Notes: generated by a model from the sequence alone, not told the origin. A DNA stretch of 20,000 bases from an uncultured virus (IMG/VR IMGVR_UViG_3300024298_000009) (IMGVR_UViG_3300024298_000009); one strand, 5' to 3'. Shown: positions 8,200-16,979, counted from the first letter of the stretch. Program-made: numbers and translations.

Positions 8200-8237
8200 A
8201 AAACACAGCCTAACCATACCTTGAAGGAGAATTTAAC

Positions 8238-9128
8238 ATGGCAGATAAGAATTTATTAAGCCAAATGCTAGAGCATTTGGTTAACGACGATCAAGCAAAA
8301 GCTGATGAGCTTTTCCACGAATACGTAGTACAAGCATCACGCGAAATCTACGAAAATTTAATTGAATCTGAAATCGCAGAAGAAGAAGATAAAGAAGACG
8401 AAGACATGGACGAAGCTGCACAAGATGATGATGCAGAAGAAGACAAAGTTGACGAAGCTTCCGAAGAAGATAGCGACGAAGATGATCTAGATGAAAACTT
8501 CGAAGATGTTGCTTTTGAAGGTGGCGACGAGCCTGAAATGGGCGGTGATCCAACAGACGACCTAGAAGGTGACCTAGAAATGGGTGACGAAGAAGGCGGC
8601 GAGCAATCTGAAGAAGAAATTATGCAAGATTTAGAGTCTATTGTTGACGAACTACAAGCTAAATTTGCGCAGCTAAAAGGCGAAGAAGAAGCCCAAGGCG
8701 AGTTTGGTGACGAAGAAGGCAGTGACGATATGCCTGAAGAAGAAGGTTTTGATTTAGAAACCGTTCGTGAATATGTAGAAAAAGTTCCAGCAGGTCACGG
8801 TGCTGAAAAGAAAGGTGCTGCTGAAAAATCTGACAACACAAAGTCTACAATCGACAACATGAAGAATGATATGGGCGGTACAACTGCTAACATCCTTTCT
8901 TCTAAAGAAGATGCAGCTACTTACGCTAACCAAGGCGCATTAAAAGGCAATGGTCTTGAAAAAGGTAAGGTAAGCGACAATCCAGATGCTAAAGGCAACG
9001 TGAATGTACCAGGCGGTAACGCTGGTAAAACTGGTTTCAAATCAAAAGAACCAGGTCATGGTGCTGAGAAAAAAGGTTCCGGCGAAAGCGCCGATAACAA
9101 GCAAAGCCTTTTCCGTGGTCGTAGATAA
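8238..9128 (+). CDS. Highly acidic prohead core protein (positional analogue of T4 gp67/gp68)
   Basis: 296 aa with an Asp/Glu-rich N-terminal part containing several (I/L/V)xE motifs and a Gly/Lys-rich C-terminal part. It has a strong SD and lies between portal and protease. Confidence 0.7.
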   Translation: MADKNLLSQMLEHLVNDDQAKADELFHEYVVQASREIYENLIESEIAEEEDKEDEDMDEAAQDDDAEEDKVDEASEEDSDEDDLDENFEDVAFEGGDEPEMGGDPTDDLEGDLEMGDEEGGEQSEEEIMQDLESIVDELQAKFAQLKGEEEAQGEFGDEEGSDDMPEEEGFDLETVREYVEKVPAGHGAEKKGAAEKSDNTKSTIDNMKNDMGGTTANILSSKEDAATYANQGALKGNGLEKGKVSDNPDAKGNVNVPGGNAGKTGFKSKEPGHGAEKKGSGESADNKQSLFRGRR

Positions 9129-9142
9129 TTGAGGACAAATAG

Positions 9143-9769
9143 GTGAAAACTACCTTAGCAGAACATCTGAGTTTTGACCAGGCTAAGATTGTCTTAGAGA
9201 GCGAAGGTGAGGGCGACAAAAAGTCGCTCTTCCTAAACGGGATTTGCATCCAGGGCGATATCCGAAATGCAAATCAGCGTGTTTATTCTTCTCAAGAAAT
9301 TGGCAGGGCTGTCAAGACGCTCAACGAACAAATCTCTGGCGGATACTCCGTGCTAGGGGAAGTTGATCATCCTCAGGATTTACGTATCAACCTCGACCGT
9401 GTATCACACATGATTACTAAAATGTGGATGGACGGCCCTAACGGCTACGGAAAACTAAAAATTCTTCCTACTCCAATGGGTCAATTAGTTAAGACTATGT
9501 TGGAGTCGGGAGTTAAACTTGGAGTTTCAAGTCGTGGATCTGGAGAAGTTGATAACAGCGGAAACGTTCAAGGATTTGAAATTATTACGGTTGATGTAGT
9601 AGCACAACCAAGCGCACCAGGCGCTTATCCAACACCAGTTTATGAACACTTGATGAACAATACAGGTGGATATCAGGCTTATAGAATAGCACAAGAAGTT
9701 AAAGGCGACCCAAAGGCACAGAAATACTTAGCAGAGAGCCTAAAGCGAATAATCGCAAGGCTCAAATAA
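9143..9769 (+). CDS. gp21: Prohead core protease, T4 gp21-like
   Basis: GTG start with SD GAGGA. Motifs NxNxRVY, LGEVDHP, RVSH, LGVSSRGSG and DVVAQPSAPGAYP. Confidence 0.95.
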   Translation: MKTTLAEHLSFDQAKIVLESEGEGDKKSLFLNGICIQGDIRNANQRVYSSQEIGRAVKTLNEQISGGYSVLGEVDHPQDLRINLDRVSHMITKMWMDGPNGYGKLKILPTPMGQLVKTMLESGVKLGVSSRGSGEVDNSGNVQGFEIITVDVVAQPSAPGAYPTPVYEHLMNNTGGYQAYRIAQEVKGDPKAQKYLAESLKRIIARLK

Positions 9770-9785
9770 CCAGTAGGAGAATCAC

Positions 9786-10883
9786 ATGCTAGATATCGTA
9801 AAACAATTGTTTGAGAACAATGTGATTTCCGAAGAAATTAAATCGGAAATTGAAGCTGCTTGGGATAGCAGAATTCAAGAAAACCGTGAACAAGTCACTG
9901 CTGCACTACGTGAAGAGTTTGCTCAAAAATATGAGCATGACAAGTCCGCAATGGTTGAAGCCGTTGAATCGATGTTAGTTGATCGTTTACAAGCTGAGTT
10001 ATCAGAACTTGCAGAAGATCGTCAAGGATTGATTGAAGCTAAAGCCAAGTACGTTAAGAAAATGACTACTGATGCGAAAGCATTTGAGTCATTTATTTTT
10101 AACAATCTACAAAAGGAAGTGTCAGAACTACACGCAGATCGCAAGTCAGTTGCAGAAAATGTCTCTAAATTAGAATCATTTATCGTTGATGCTCTAGCAA
10201 AGGAAATTGCAGAATTCCATCAAGATAAGAAAGATCTTGCAGAAACTAAAGTTAAACTAGTCCGCGAAAGCAAGGCTAAGTTTGAACAAGTTCGCAAGGA
10301 ATTTATTGCACGTTCAGCTAAAATCATTGAAGAAACCGTAAGCAAAGGCCTACGTTCTGAAATGACTCAGTTACGTGAAGACATCGAAGCAGCCCGCAAG
10401 AATGACTTTGGTCGCAGAATTTTTGAAAGTTTTGCTAGCGAATTTGCAACGAGCTATCTCAATGAGAAATCAGAGACAGCTAAACTTCTAAAAGTTGTTG
10501 AACAAAAAACTAAAGAAGTTGAAGAAGCAGCTAAAGTTGTTGCAGAATCACAAAAACTAGTAGAGAGCAAAGAAGCACAAATTGCTAAAATCGTTAATGA
10601 AGCTAAACGCAAGGACGTTATGAGCGAATTGCTTGGCCCATTATCAGGTGATAAGCGAGAAGTTATGCGCGAACTACTAGAATCAGTTCAAACTGAGAAA
10701 TTACATGGAGCTTTCGACAAGTATCTACCAGCCGTTATGGATGGTGGAGCACCGGCGAAGAAAGCACTCACAGAGGCTAAAGAAGTTACAGGCAATAAAG
10801 AAAAGGCACAATCAATCAGCGGAAGCGAAGAGAAAACCGCTGAAATATTTGACATCCGCAGGCTTGCGGGACTAAAAGTTTAA
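9786..10883 (+). CDS. gp22: Prohead scaffolding protein, T4 gp22-like
   Basis: 365-aa coiled-coil Glu/Lys/Ala-rich protein between protease and capsid genes. It has SD AGGAGA and the motif GRRIFESFASEF. Confidence 0.85.
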   Translation: MLDIVKQLFENNVISEEIKSEIEAAWDSRIQENREQVTAALREEFAQKYEHDKSAMVEAVESMLVDRLQAELSELAEDRQGLIEAKAKYVKKMTTDAKAFESFIFNNLQKEVSELHADRKSVAENVSKLESFIVDALAKEIAEFHQDKKDLAETKVKLVRESKAKFEQVRKEFIARSAKIIEETVSKGLRSEMTQLREDIEAARKNDFGRRIFESFASEFATSYLNEKSETAKLLKVVEQKTKEVEEAAKVVAESQKLVESKEAQIAKIVNEAKRKDVMSELLGPLSGDKREVMRELLESVQTEKLHGAFDKYLPAVMDGGAPAKKALTEAKEVTGNKEKAQSISGSEEKTAEIFDIRRLAGLKV

Positions 10884-10893
10884 GGAGAACTAT

Positions 10894-12063
10894 ATGTCAC
10901 AACTACTCGAGTCACGCTGGTCGGAAACCAAAGAGGCACTATTAGAAGGCCTACAAGGTAACAAGCGTACCGTTATGGCAACTACTCTAGAAAATACTCG
11001 CAAGTATCTAGCAGAAAGTGCTACAGCTGGTGCTACTTCCGCCGGTAACGTTGCAACACTAAATCGCGTCATTCTTCCAGTAATCAGACGTGTTATGCCA
11101 ACCGTTATTGCTAACGAGTTGGTAGGCGTACAGCCTATGACTGGACCAGTTGGTCAGATCCACACATTGCGTGTTCGCTATGCAGATAGCTTTAACAGCA
11201 CAAGTGGTACTGATATTACAGCCGGTGACGAAGCACTAAGCCCATTCAAGATTGCTGAAGGCTATTCTGGTGCAGCTAACGACAAGGCAGCTTCTACAGC
11301 AGCTCTTGAAGGCGTAGCTGGTAACAGACTAAGCATTCAAATCTTGAAACAAACCGTTGAAGCTAAAACTCGTAAGTTATCAGCTCGCTGGACTTTCGAA
11401 GCTGCACAAGATGCACAAGCTCAACAAGGTATTGATATCGAAGCAGAAATCATGGCCGCATTGGCACAAGAAATTACTGCTGAGATTGATCAAGAAGTTA
11501 TTGGTAGCTTAAACAGCCTAGCTGGTACCGTATTAACATACGATCAAAACAGCGTTTCTGGTACTGCTACATTCGTTGGTGACGAACACGCTGCTCTAGC
11601 TGTTCAAATCAACCGTGCTTCTAACCTAATCGCTCAGCGTACACGTCGTGGTGCTGGTAACTATGCAGTTGTTAGCCCAACAACATTGACACTTCTACAA
11701 AGTGCTACAACTTCTGCTTTCGCAAGAACAACAGAAGGTACATTCGAAGCACCTACAAACACTAAGTTTGTTGGTACATTGAACGGCGCAATGAGAGTGT
11801 TTGTTAACACATACGCTACAAGCGATGACGTTCTAATTGGTTACAAAGGTTCTAGCGAATCTGATGCTCCAGCATTCTACTGCCCATACATTCCATTGAT
11901 GAGCAGCGGTGTTGTATTGGATCCATCAACATTTGAACCAGTAGTTAGCTTCATGACACGTTATGGTTATGTAGAACTAACTAACACAGCTTCTTCTCTA
12001 GGTAATGCAGCTGACTACCTAGCTAAAGTTGCTGTTACAACAGCTAACTTGAAGTTTGCTTAA
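10894..12063 (+). CDS. gp23: Major capsid protein, T4 gp23-like
   Basis: 389 aa with the motifs ILPVIRRVMP..IANELVGVQPMTGP, VEAKTRKLSARWTFEAAQD, EITAEIDQE, FYCPYIPL and FMTRYG. It has SD AAGGAGA and strongly biased codons. Confidence 0.97.
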   Translation: MSQLLESRWSETKEALLEGLQGNKRTVMATTLENTRKYLAESATAGATSAGNVATLNRVILPVIRRVMPTVIANELVGVQPMTGPVGQIHTLRVRYADSFNSTSGTDITAGDEALSPFKIAEGYSGAANDKAASTAALEGVAGNRLSIQILKQTVEAKTRKLSARWTFEAAQDAQAQQGIDIEAEIMAALAQEITAEIDQEVIGSLNSLAGTVLTYDQNSVSGTATFVGDEHAALAVQINRASNLIAQRTRRGAGNYAVVSPTTLTLLQSATTSAFARTTEGTFEAPTNTKFVGTLNGAMRVFVNTYATSDDVLIGYKGSSESDAPAFYCPYIPLMSSGVVLDPSTFEPVVSFMTRYGYVELTNTASSLGNAADYLAKVAVTTANLKFA

Positions 12064-12087
12064 TTAGTAAATTTCATAAGCGAAATT

Positions 12088-12113
12088 CAAAAAGCCCCGC
12101 AAGGGGCTTTTTG
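12088..12113 (+). terminator. Rho-independent terminator after the major capsid gene (possibly bidirectional)
   Basis: CAAAAAGCCCC-GCAA-GGGGCTTTTTG is a perfect inverted repeat with a GNRA loop and a T-tract. Confidence 0.92.
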
Positions 12114-12120
12114 TTTGACT

Positions 12121-12126
12121 TAAATA
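12121..12126 (+). promoter_or_regulatory. Late promoter box TAAATA, 5 nt before ATG 12132 (probable leaderless transcript)
   Basis: TAAATA-ttggt-ATG immediately after the terminator, with the same spacing as at 7296. Confidence 0.55.
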
Positions 12127-12131
12127 TTGGT

Positions 12132-12398
12132 ATGCGAATTGAAGGAGAAAAAGATTTTTCTTTACTACGCAAGCATATTCAAGCATGGCGTAGTCGTTTT
12201 CCTATGTTTACTCATGATGTTAATCGAATCGAACAAATTATAGAAAATCACATACAAAATTTTGCAATTGCTGGAGTACACTATAGACAAACGCATCAAA
12301 GACAATATTTAGAAAGAGCGCAAGCAGAAATAGACGAAATTAACAGAGTAATCGAATTAGTAGAAAAATTAGAGCTAATGGCATTACTTGGTCGCTGA
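12132..12398 (+). CDS. Hypothetical protein (88 aa, helical)
   Basis: ORF MRIEGEKDFSLL...ALLGR. ATG 12132 is preferred over TTG 12111, which lies inside the terminator. Confidence 0.7.
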   Translation: MRIEGEKDFSLLRKHIQAWRSRFPMFTHDVNRIEQIIENHIQNFAIAGVHYRQTHQRQYLERAQAEIDEINRVIELVEKLELMALLGR

Positions 12399-12404
12399 TA
12401 AATA
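12398..12404 (+). promoter_or_regulatory. Late promoter box ATAAATA
   Basis: Overlaps the upstream TGA and precedes a structured leader and SD AGGAGA. Confidence 0.6.
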
Positions 12405-12413
12405 AAGTATCGT

Positions 12414-12456
12414 AATGATTTATGCGGTACCCACCGCGTAGACCCAGAACGTCATT
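12414..12456 (+). promoter_or_regulatory. Structured 5' leader (stem with asymmetric internal loop) upstream of the 12472 gene
   Basis: TATGCGGT-accc-ACCGCGTA forms 8 bp, enclosed by AATGAT/GTCATT (6 bp) with a 10-nt GACCCAGAAC bulge. It ends 3 nt before the SD. Confidence 0.5.
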
Positions 12457-12471
12457 CAAAGGAGAAAACAA

Positions 12472-12855
12472 ATGGGACGTCCATTAAGAAAAGATGTCAG
12501 AGGTACTGACGTAATTAACACACCAGTTAGCGATACTGGTATTACCGTAAAATTTCATGACGGTAGCTCATTAAGAACAGACGGAATCATCATTAAACAA
12601 CGTGGTGCAAAAACTTTTGTTGTTGCTAGAAGAGGTTCCCCAACAACTATCTATACTTGTGTTTTAACAAACGGAACACCAAGTGCAGGCGGTGAAATGC
12701 AAATCACTGGTTCAACATCTGGAATGTTAGATGCTAACCTAGTAAATTGCGCAAAAATTACTAAGCGTATTTTTACAGACTTTAGCGGCAATCGTTATAC
12801 ATGGTACTTAGAGTCTGATTCATCTGCAGATTATATTGTTCTAACAGCAGTTTAA
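12472..12855 (+). CDS. Hypothetical virion protein (possible head decoration)
   Basis: 127 aa with a strong SD, its own late promoter box and a position just downstream of the capsid gene. The function is inferred from context only. Confidence 0.6.
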   Translation: MGRPLRKDVRGTDVINTPVSDTGITVKFHDGSSLRTDGIIIKQRGAKTFVVARRGSPTTIYTCVLTNGTPSAGGEMQITGSTSGMLDANLVNCAKITKRIFTDFSGNRYTWYLESDSSADYIVLTAV

Positions 12856-12871
12856 TTTTTAGGAAGTATTC

Positions 12872-13888
12872 ATGGGTCAATATATCCAAGTCAACGGTGA
12901 CTATAATATAAAAACCAAAACTGGTGGGAAGGTAACTTTAAATACCGGACCGGGTGTGGGAGAAGTTAGGGTCACTGGAAACCTAGTAGTAGACGGAGAT
13001 ACATTAACCGTATCTGCAGAAAACTTGCAGGTTCAGGATAATTTGATCACATTAAACTATGGTGAAACTGGCGCAGGGGTGACCCTGCGCTATTCAGGCA
13101 TGGAAGTTGATAGAGGTACAGAAAACAAAACTGCTATTATCTATGACGAAAATGATGATACCTGGAACATTGGTAACGGAACACCCGAAAGTGGATATGA
13201 TTACAATGATAGCAGGTTAAGACTTAAAGAAGTTTTAACTAACGCTGACACTGATGATGGCGATTTAACATTAATTGGATTTGGAACAGGAGTTGTTAAA
13301 GTATTAGGTACTGACAACTATCGTTTACAAGTTACCGATCCAGATGACATTCCAAATAAAGATTATGTTGATTATGCAATTTTGAATAATCCAACATATC
13401 AATTAAGAAGAGATGATACTCGTGTTGTAGCATTTGATGCTAATGATCCGTTGATACCTTCTTTATCATTATCAAATTCTATCGGACCTTATATTTCACA
13501 GCCGAGCGAAAGTTTAGTTTCTATTTTAGTAGACGATTTTGAAGTTGCAGCATTTTCTAGATCACAAATTCGCTTTGCGGGTTTAAATTTCTTTACTGAA
13601 GACGCCGCCCCGGGAGCACCATTTGGTACAGCAGATGCCGCTGTTATTCAAACTACAAGTTCAAGTGGTAATATTAAATTAGAAACAAACAGCACAGGTA
13701 AAGTTGAAATTACCTATGCGTTGCAATTAGACGACAACGGAGTAACACCAGCTTCGGTTGATAATGCTACATTGCTATACGGCGGAACAATTGGAACAGG
13801 TAAAACAGGTTTATATTTTGTTAATACATCTACCACAGACGAATTAATAAGTAAAAGAAAAGCCTTTTTATACAGCGTAATATTTTAA
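12872..13888 (+). CDS. Fibre-like virion structural protein
   Basis: 338 aa, beta-rich, with VTGNLVVDG..TV....L.VQDNLITLN, G.EVDRGT and IPNKDYVD motifs seen in phage fibre proteins. The C-terminus KAFLYSVIF is hydrophobic. Confidence 0.65.
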   Translation: MGQYIQVNGDYNIKTKTGGKVTLNTGPGVGEVRVTGNLVVDGDTLTVSAENLQVQDNLITLNYGETGAGVTLRYSGMEVDRGTENKTAIIYDENDDTWNIGNGTPESGYDYNDSRLRLKEVLTNADTDDGDLTLIGFGTGVVKVLGTDNYRLQVTDPDDIPNKDYVDYAILNNPTYQLRRDDTRVVAFDANDPLIPSLSLSNSIGPYISQPSESLVSILVDDFEVAAFSRSQIRFAGLNFFTEDAAPGAPFGTADAAVIQTTSSSGNIKLETNSTGKVEITYALQLDDNGVTPASVDNATLLYGGTIGTGKTGLYFVNTSTTDELISKRKAFLYSVIF

Positions 13889-13901
13889 GAGATAGAAAAA
13901 C

Positions 13902-14270
13902 ATGATATATAGCACCAGACTAACAACAACTAGCGATACACTAGTATACACCAGTAGTACAACTGGGGCTCCAATTGCAGGTCCTGTATTAGGACAAGAA
14001 AATGCAGTTACATCGATTATCATCTGCAACACAGGGACTCCAAATTTAACAGACGAAACCGTCAATAGTTCTACAATAACAATTAATTTATGTGCAGGTG
14101 GCGGTAGTGCTTCTGATACTAATACAATTGTTAAAAATTTAATTATACCTGCAGGAGAAACCGTATTTTTCAGCGATGAAAAAATTGTTCTAGATGCAGG
14201 AGATACAATTAGAATGACTGCAAGCGCAGCAAATCTATTAAGTATAACCGTGAGCACATTGGCAGTATGA
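13902..14270 (+). CDS. Small beta-sandwich-like virion protein (paralog of 18043..18375)
   Basis: 122 aa with the pattern IIICN...IVKNLIIPAGETV...EKIVLDAGDTIR. Confidence 0.7.
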   Translation: MIYSTRLTTTSDTLVYTSSTTGAPIAGPVLGQENAVTSIIICNTGTPNLTDETVNSSTITINLCAGGGSASDTNTIVKNLIIPAGETVFFSDEKIVLDAGDTIRMTASAANLLSITVSTLAV

Positions 14271-14767
14271 GATTTCTTAAACAAAAAACTATTAGCAAAT
14301 ATAGTCCTAGTGATAACACTTTGTTTACTAATCACTATGGTCGTGCAGTTATGGATCTAACCGGTGGTCTTAGACTTCCTAAAGGAACAGAAGCTCAAAG
14401 ACCGCAAACATCTAGTGTAAGAAATCCGGAAGGAGCTGACGGATTTATTAGATATAACACAGACACAAATTCTATAGAAGCATTAATTAGCGGCGTTTGG
14501 GAAGTAGTTAGAGCGCCGGGCGCAACATCAATATACAAACAAACGTTAGGACCAGGCGACGATATTGAAACAACATTTGGCCCGCTGTATTCTATTCCTG
14601 CAGCCGATGATAATATTATTGTCCTAGTTGAAAACGTAATTCAAATTTCGGTAACAAACTACAATATATCCTATAATCACTTGGGTTCAGGAGATGCTTA
14701 TATTGTGTTTACTAGTGCAGTACCATTAGATAAGTCAATAACCATATATTTCGGTTTCGCAAACTAA
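14267..14767 (+). CDS. Virion structural protein with fibre-knob-like P.GT..QRP...G.IRYNT motif
   Basis: 166 aa, ATGA-coupled to the upstream gene. The motif LRLPKGTEAQRP...GFIRYNTDTNSIE is shared with the 15704 and 16980 proteins. Confidence 0.7.
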   Translation: MRFLKQKTISKYSPSDNTLFTNHYGRAVMDLTGGLRLPKGTEAQRPQTSSVRNPEGADGFIRYNTDTNSIEALISGVWEVVRAPGATSIYKQTLGPGDDIETTFGPLYSIPAADDNIIVLVENVIQISVTNYNISYNHLGSGDAYIVFTSAVPLDKSITIYFGFAN

Positions 14768-14779
14768 TATTAAAACGGT

Positions 14780-14785
14780 TAAATA
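14780..14785 (+). promoter_or_regulatory. Late promoter box TAAATA
   Basis: Intergenic TAAATA followed by GGAG SD-like motifs and ATG 14814. Confidence 0.55.
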
Positions 14786-14813
14786 TACGTATCAATGGAG
14801 CGGAGATACGTAA

Positions 14814-15701
14814 ATGGCTTTTGTTTTAGCAGATAGAGTTAAAGTTCGTTCACATAGCACAGGAACGGGTGATTTCATCTTGACCACAACTTATCCTGGT
14901 TTTCAGAGTTTTAATGATGCTATCGGTGACGGAAACGAAACTTATTATCTTATTATAGATAATGCAGGTAATTGGGAAGTAGGTCGCGGTACTTATTTTA
15001 CAATCACTTCTAGTCTAACACGAGATACGATTGTATCTTCATCTAACAATAATTCTTTAGTTAATTTTCCAGTAGGCGGCAAAAATGTTTCAGTGACATT
15101 TCCGTCAAGCCTTGCAGAAAGTTATCTTGTCGGTGGCGGGGGCAGCACCACTGACAGCTTCAAATACATAGCAGTATCAGGACAATCCACCGTTTCTGCT
15201 GACAGCTCAACCGATACATTAACTTTAATAGCCGGAACCGGAGTTAGTATAACAACTAATGCTGTTTCAGACTCTATTACAATTTCTAGCTCAGGACAAA
15301 GTGTAGAGCTTGCAAACAACGGACATACGTTTGCATTAGATACCTCTGGAAGATTAAATTTAGATTCCTCAATTAGTATCTCTAGCGAATATCAAACGGT
15401 AAATTCTGGAATTGAAACTAGTATATACAGCAGCAATGGAAGATACATTCGAGCAGTTAAATTAGTAGTATTTGTTGAATCTTTTAGTCCATATGCCTCG
15501 CAAGCAAATGATTTATTGGCTATCTACGATCAGTTAAGTGGTAATGTTTATGTAACGGCTTATGGATTAATTTATACTGGAGCAACCCCGTTGGCAACAT
15601 TTGATGGAAATTATGTTGCTGGAAGTATAGAAATTACAATAACATCAACGGTTAATGCTAATGTTCGAGTTAATGTATTAGAAATGTTTGGAACTGATTA
15701 A
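14814..15701 (+). CDS. Mosaic tail-fibre-like virion protein
   Basis: 295 aa. The N-terminal domain LADRVK...TGTG...GFQSF..IG.GN.TYY.I....WEVG.GTY...L.RDT is followed by an F..IAVSGQS.V.ADS.TDTLTL.AG.GV.ITT module. Ser/Thr-rich. Confidence 0.65.
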   Translation: MAFVLADRVKVRSHSTGTGDFILTTTYPGFQSFNDAIGDGNETYYLIIDNAGNWEVGRGTYFTITSSLTRDTIVSSSNNNSLVNFPVGGKNVSVTFPSSLAESYLVGGGGSTTDSFKYIAVSGQSTVSADSSTDTLTLIAGTGVSITTNAVSDSITISSSGQSVELANNGHTFALDTSGRLNLDSSISISSEYQTVNSGIETSIYSSNGRYIRAVKLVVFVESFSPYASQANDLLAIYDQLSGNVYVTAYGLIYTGATPLATFDGNYVAGSIEITITSTVNANVRVNVLEMFGTD

Positions 15702-15703
15702 TT

Positions 15704-16843
15704 ATGTCAGATATTATTTCAGATGGTGGATTTAGCGAAGGGTTTGGTGGCGATGAATATAATCCTGCCTCTGCCCTAGGGCGAATTAGTGGAAAATTAT
15801 TAAAAGAAAATCTTTTAAGAAACGGTGTAGATCTTACATTTAGAAATACATCAACCGATCCTGATCTTTTATATATTGATGTTAATAACAATAGGATTGG
15901 TATTAACAAAGAAAATCCAAATTTTGCACTTGAAGTTATTGGAAAAACTAAAGTTTCAGATAATTTTATAGCCAGCGGAACCACAGCTACATTTGATAAT
16001 ATTGTTTTTAATTCTACAGGCTCAATAACTTCTACCGTGGGTCCTATTATTATTGAACCTCAAGGTAGTAATCCGTATGTTGAATATGGAAAAGTTACAA
16101 ATCCTAAATTAGAATTAAAAGACAATTACATTAATGTTACAACTACAAATACAAGTTTAATATTAGATCCTCACGGAACAGGAATAGTTGATTTTCAGTC
16201 AAGTGTTAATATTAATAATAATTTGTCTGTAGGAGGAAATATCAGTGCCGCAGGTAATTTACAATTTAACGGTACACTAACCATTGGCGATAACGCTGTT
16301 GATACCGTTGTTGTATCTCCGGACTTTACACAAAGTATTATTCCTGGAGATAACAACCTGTACGATCTTGGAAAACCAAACAAACGCTGGGCAGAATTTT
16401 GGTTTTATGACGATCCGGGCGTTACAAGCATTAATACAACAAATTTAATTATTAGTGGGCAAACACTAATAACAGGACATACAATATCAACAATTCAAAG
16501 CAACGACGATCTTGTACTTGACTCAGCATCTGGGAATATAACATTAGAAAAGATTAATATAAACGCTGGTGTTATAACAAACTTAGAAAATACCCCAATT
16601 ACTATTACACAAACTGCCGCTGGATGGACAAAATTTAATACAGATACTGGTGTAGTTGTTCCTGTAGGTAATAATTCTCAGCGTCCATACATTGAAGAAG
16701 GTGACACTCGCTGGAATACCGAAAAAGGTTATTTAGAGTGTTTTGATGGTAATGTTTATACCGTAGCCACTGGTGGTGGCGTTGTAGTTACATTACCTAT
16801 CATGGAAGAGCTTACTAATCTTTGGGCCCTTGTAGTGGGTTAA
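15704..16843 (+). CDS. Fibre-like virion structural protein (paralog of 16980..18035)
   Basis: 379 aa with LGRISG.LLK.NL.R.GVDL.F, DLLY.DV.N..IGIN, YDLG...KRW and a C-terminal P.G...QRP...G.TRWNT motif. Confidence 0.75.
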   Translation: MSDIISDGGFSEGFGGDEYNPASALGRISGKLLKENLLRNGVDLTFRNTSTDPDLLYIDVNNNRIGINKENPNFALEVIGKTKVSDNFIASGTTATFDNIVFNSTGSITSTVGPIIIEPQGSNPYVEYGKVTNPKLELKDNYINVTTTNTSLILDPHGTGIVDFQSSVNINNNLSVGGNISAAGNLQFNGTLTIGDNAVDTVVVSPDFTQSIIPGDNNLYDLGKPNKRWAEFWFYDDPGVTSINTTNLIISGQTLITGHTISTIQSNDDLVLDSASGNITLEKININAGVITNLENTPITITQTAAGWTKFNTDTGVVVPVGNNSQRPYIEEGDTRWNTEKGYLECFDGNVYTVATGGGVVVTLPIMEELTNLWALVVG

Positions 16844-16857
16844 TTTTCCTATACGAC

Positions 16858-16863
16858 TAAATA
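16858..16863 (+). promoter_or_regulatory. Late promoter box TAAATA
   Basis: Intergenic TAAATA 116 nt upstream of ATG 16980. Confidence 0.55.
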
Positions 16864-16870
16864 CTACTAA

Positions 16871-16962
16871 TTGCAAGAGAAGACCAATTTTCTTGTAAAA
16901 TTAACCTGTGGTAAACCCGCATAGAGCGAACAGCTGAAAAAGTGGTTATCCGTGAAACACGG
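16871..16962 (+). ncRNA. Candidate structured cis-regulatory RNA leader (multi-hairpin)
   Basis: An 11-bp hairpin (16871-16898), a TAACC/GGTTA stem (16902-16906/16944-16948) enclosing TGTGG-taaac-CCGCA, and a CCGTG-aaa-CACGG hairpin (16950-16962) just before SD GGGGAGAG. Confidence 0.45.
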
Positions 16963-16979
16963 TGTCTAGGGGAGAGCGT

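Noticed and set aside
5592..12063. Introns, inteins or homing endonucleases in the portal, protease or capsid genes
   Set aside because: The reading frames are continuous and of ordinary or short length, and no HNH, GIY-YIG, LAGLIDADG or intein motifs were seen.
12111..12131. TTG start at 12111 given in the ORF track (likewise GTG 16962)
   Set aside because: TTG 12111 lies in the terminator T-tract, upstream of the promoter box. GTG 16962 lies upstream of the SD that fits ATG 16980.
16902..16962. Resemblance of the leader to a hammerhead ribozyme (CTGA...GAAAC) or a c-di-GMP-I riboswitch (GGTAAACC)
   Set aside because: The core reads CTGAAAA rather than CUGANGA and the flanking stems do not fit. 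The second conserved half of the c-di-GMP-I motif is missing. It is kept only as an unassigned structure.
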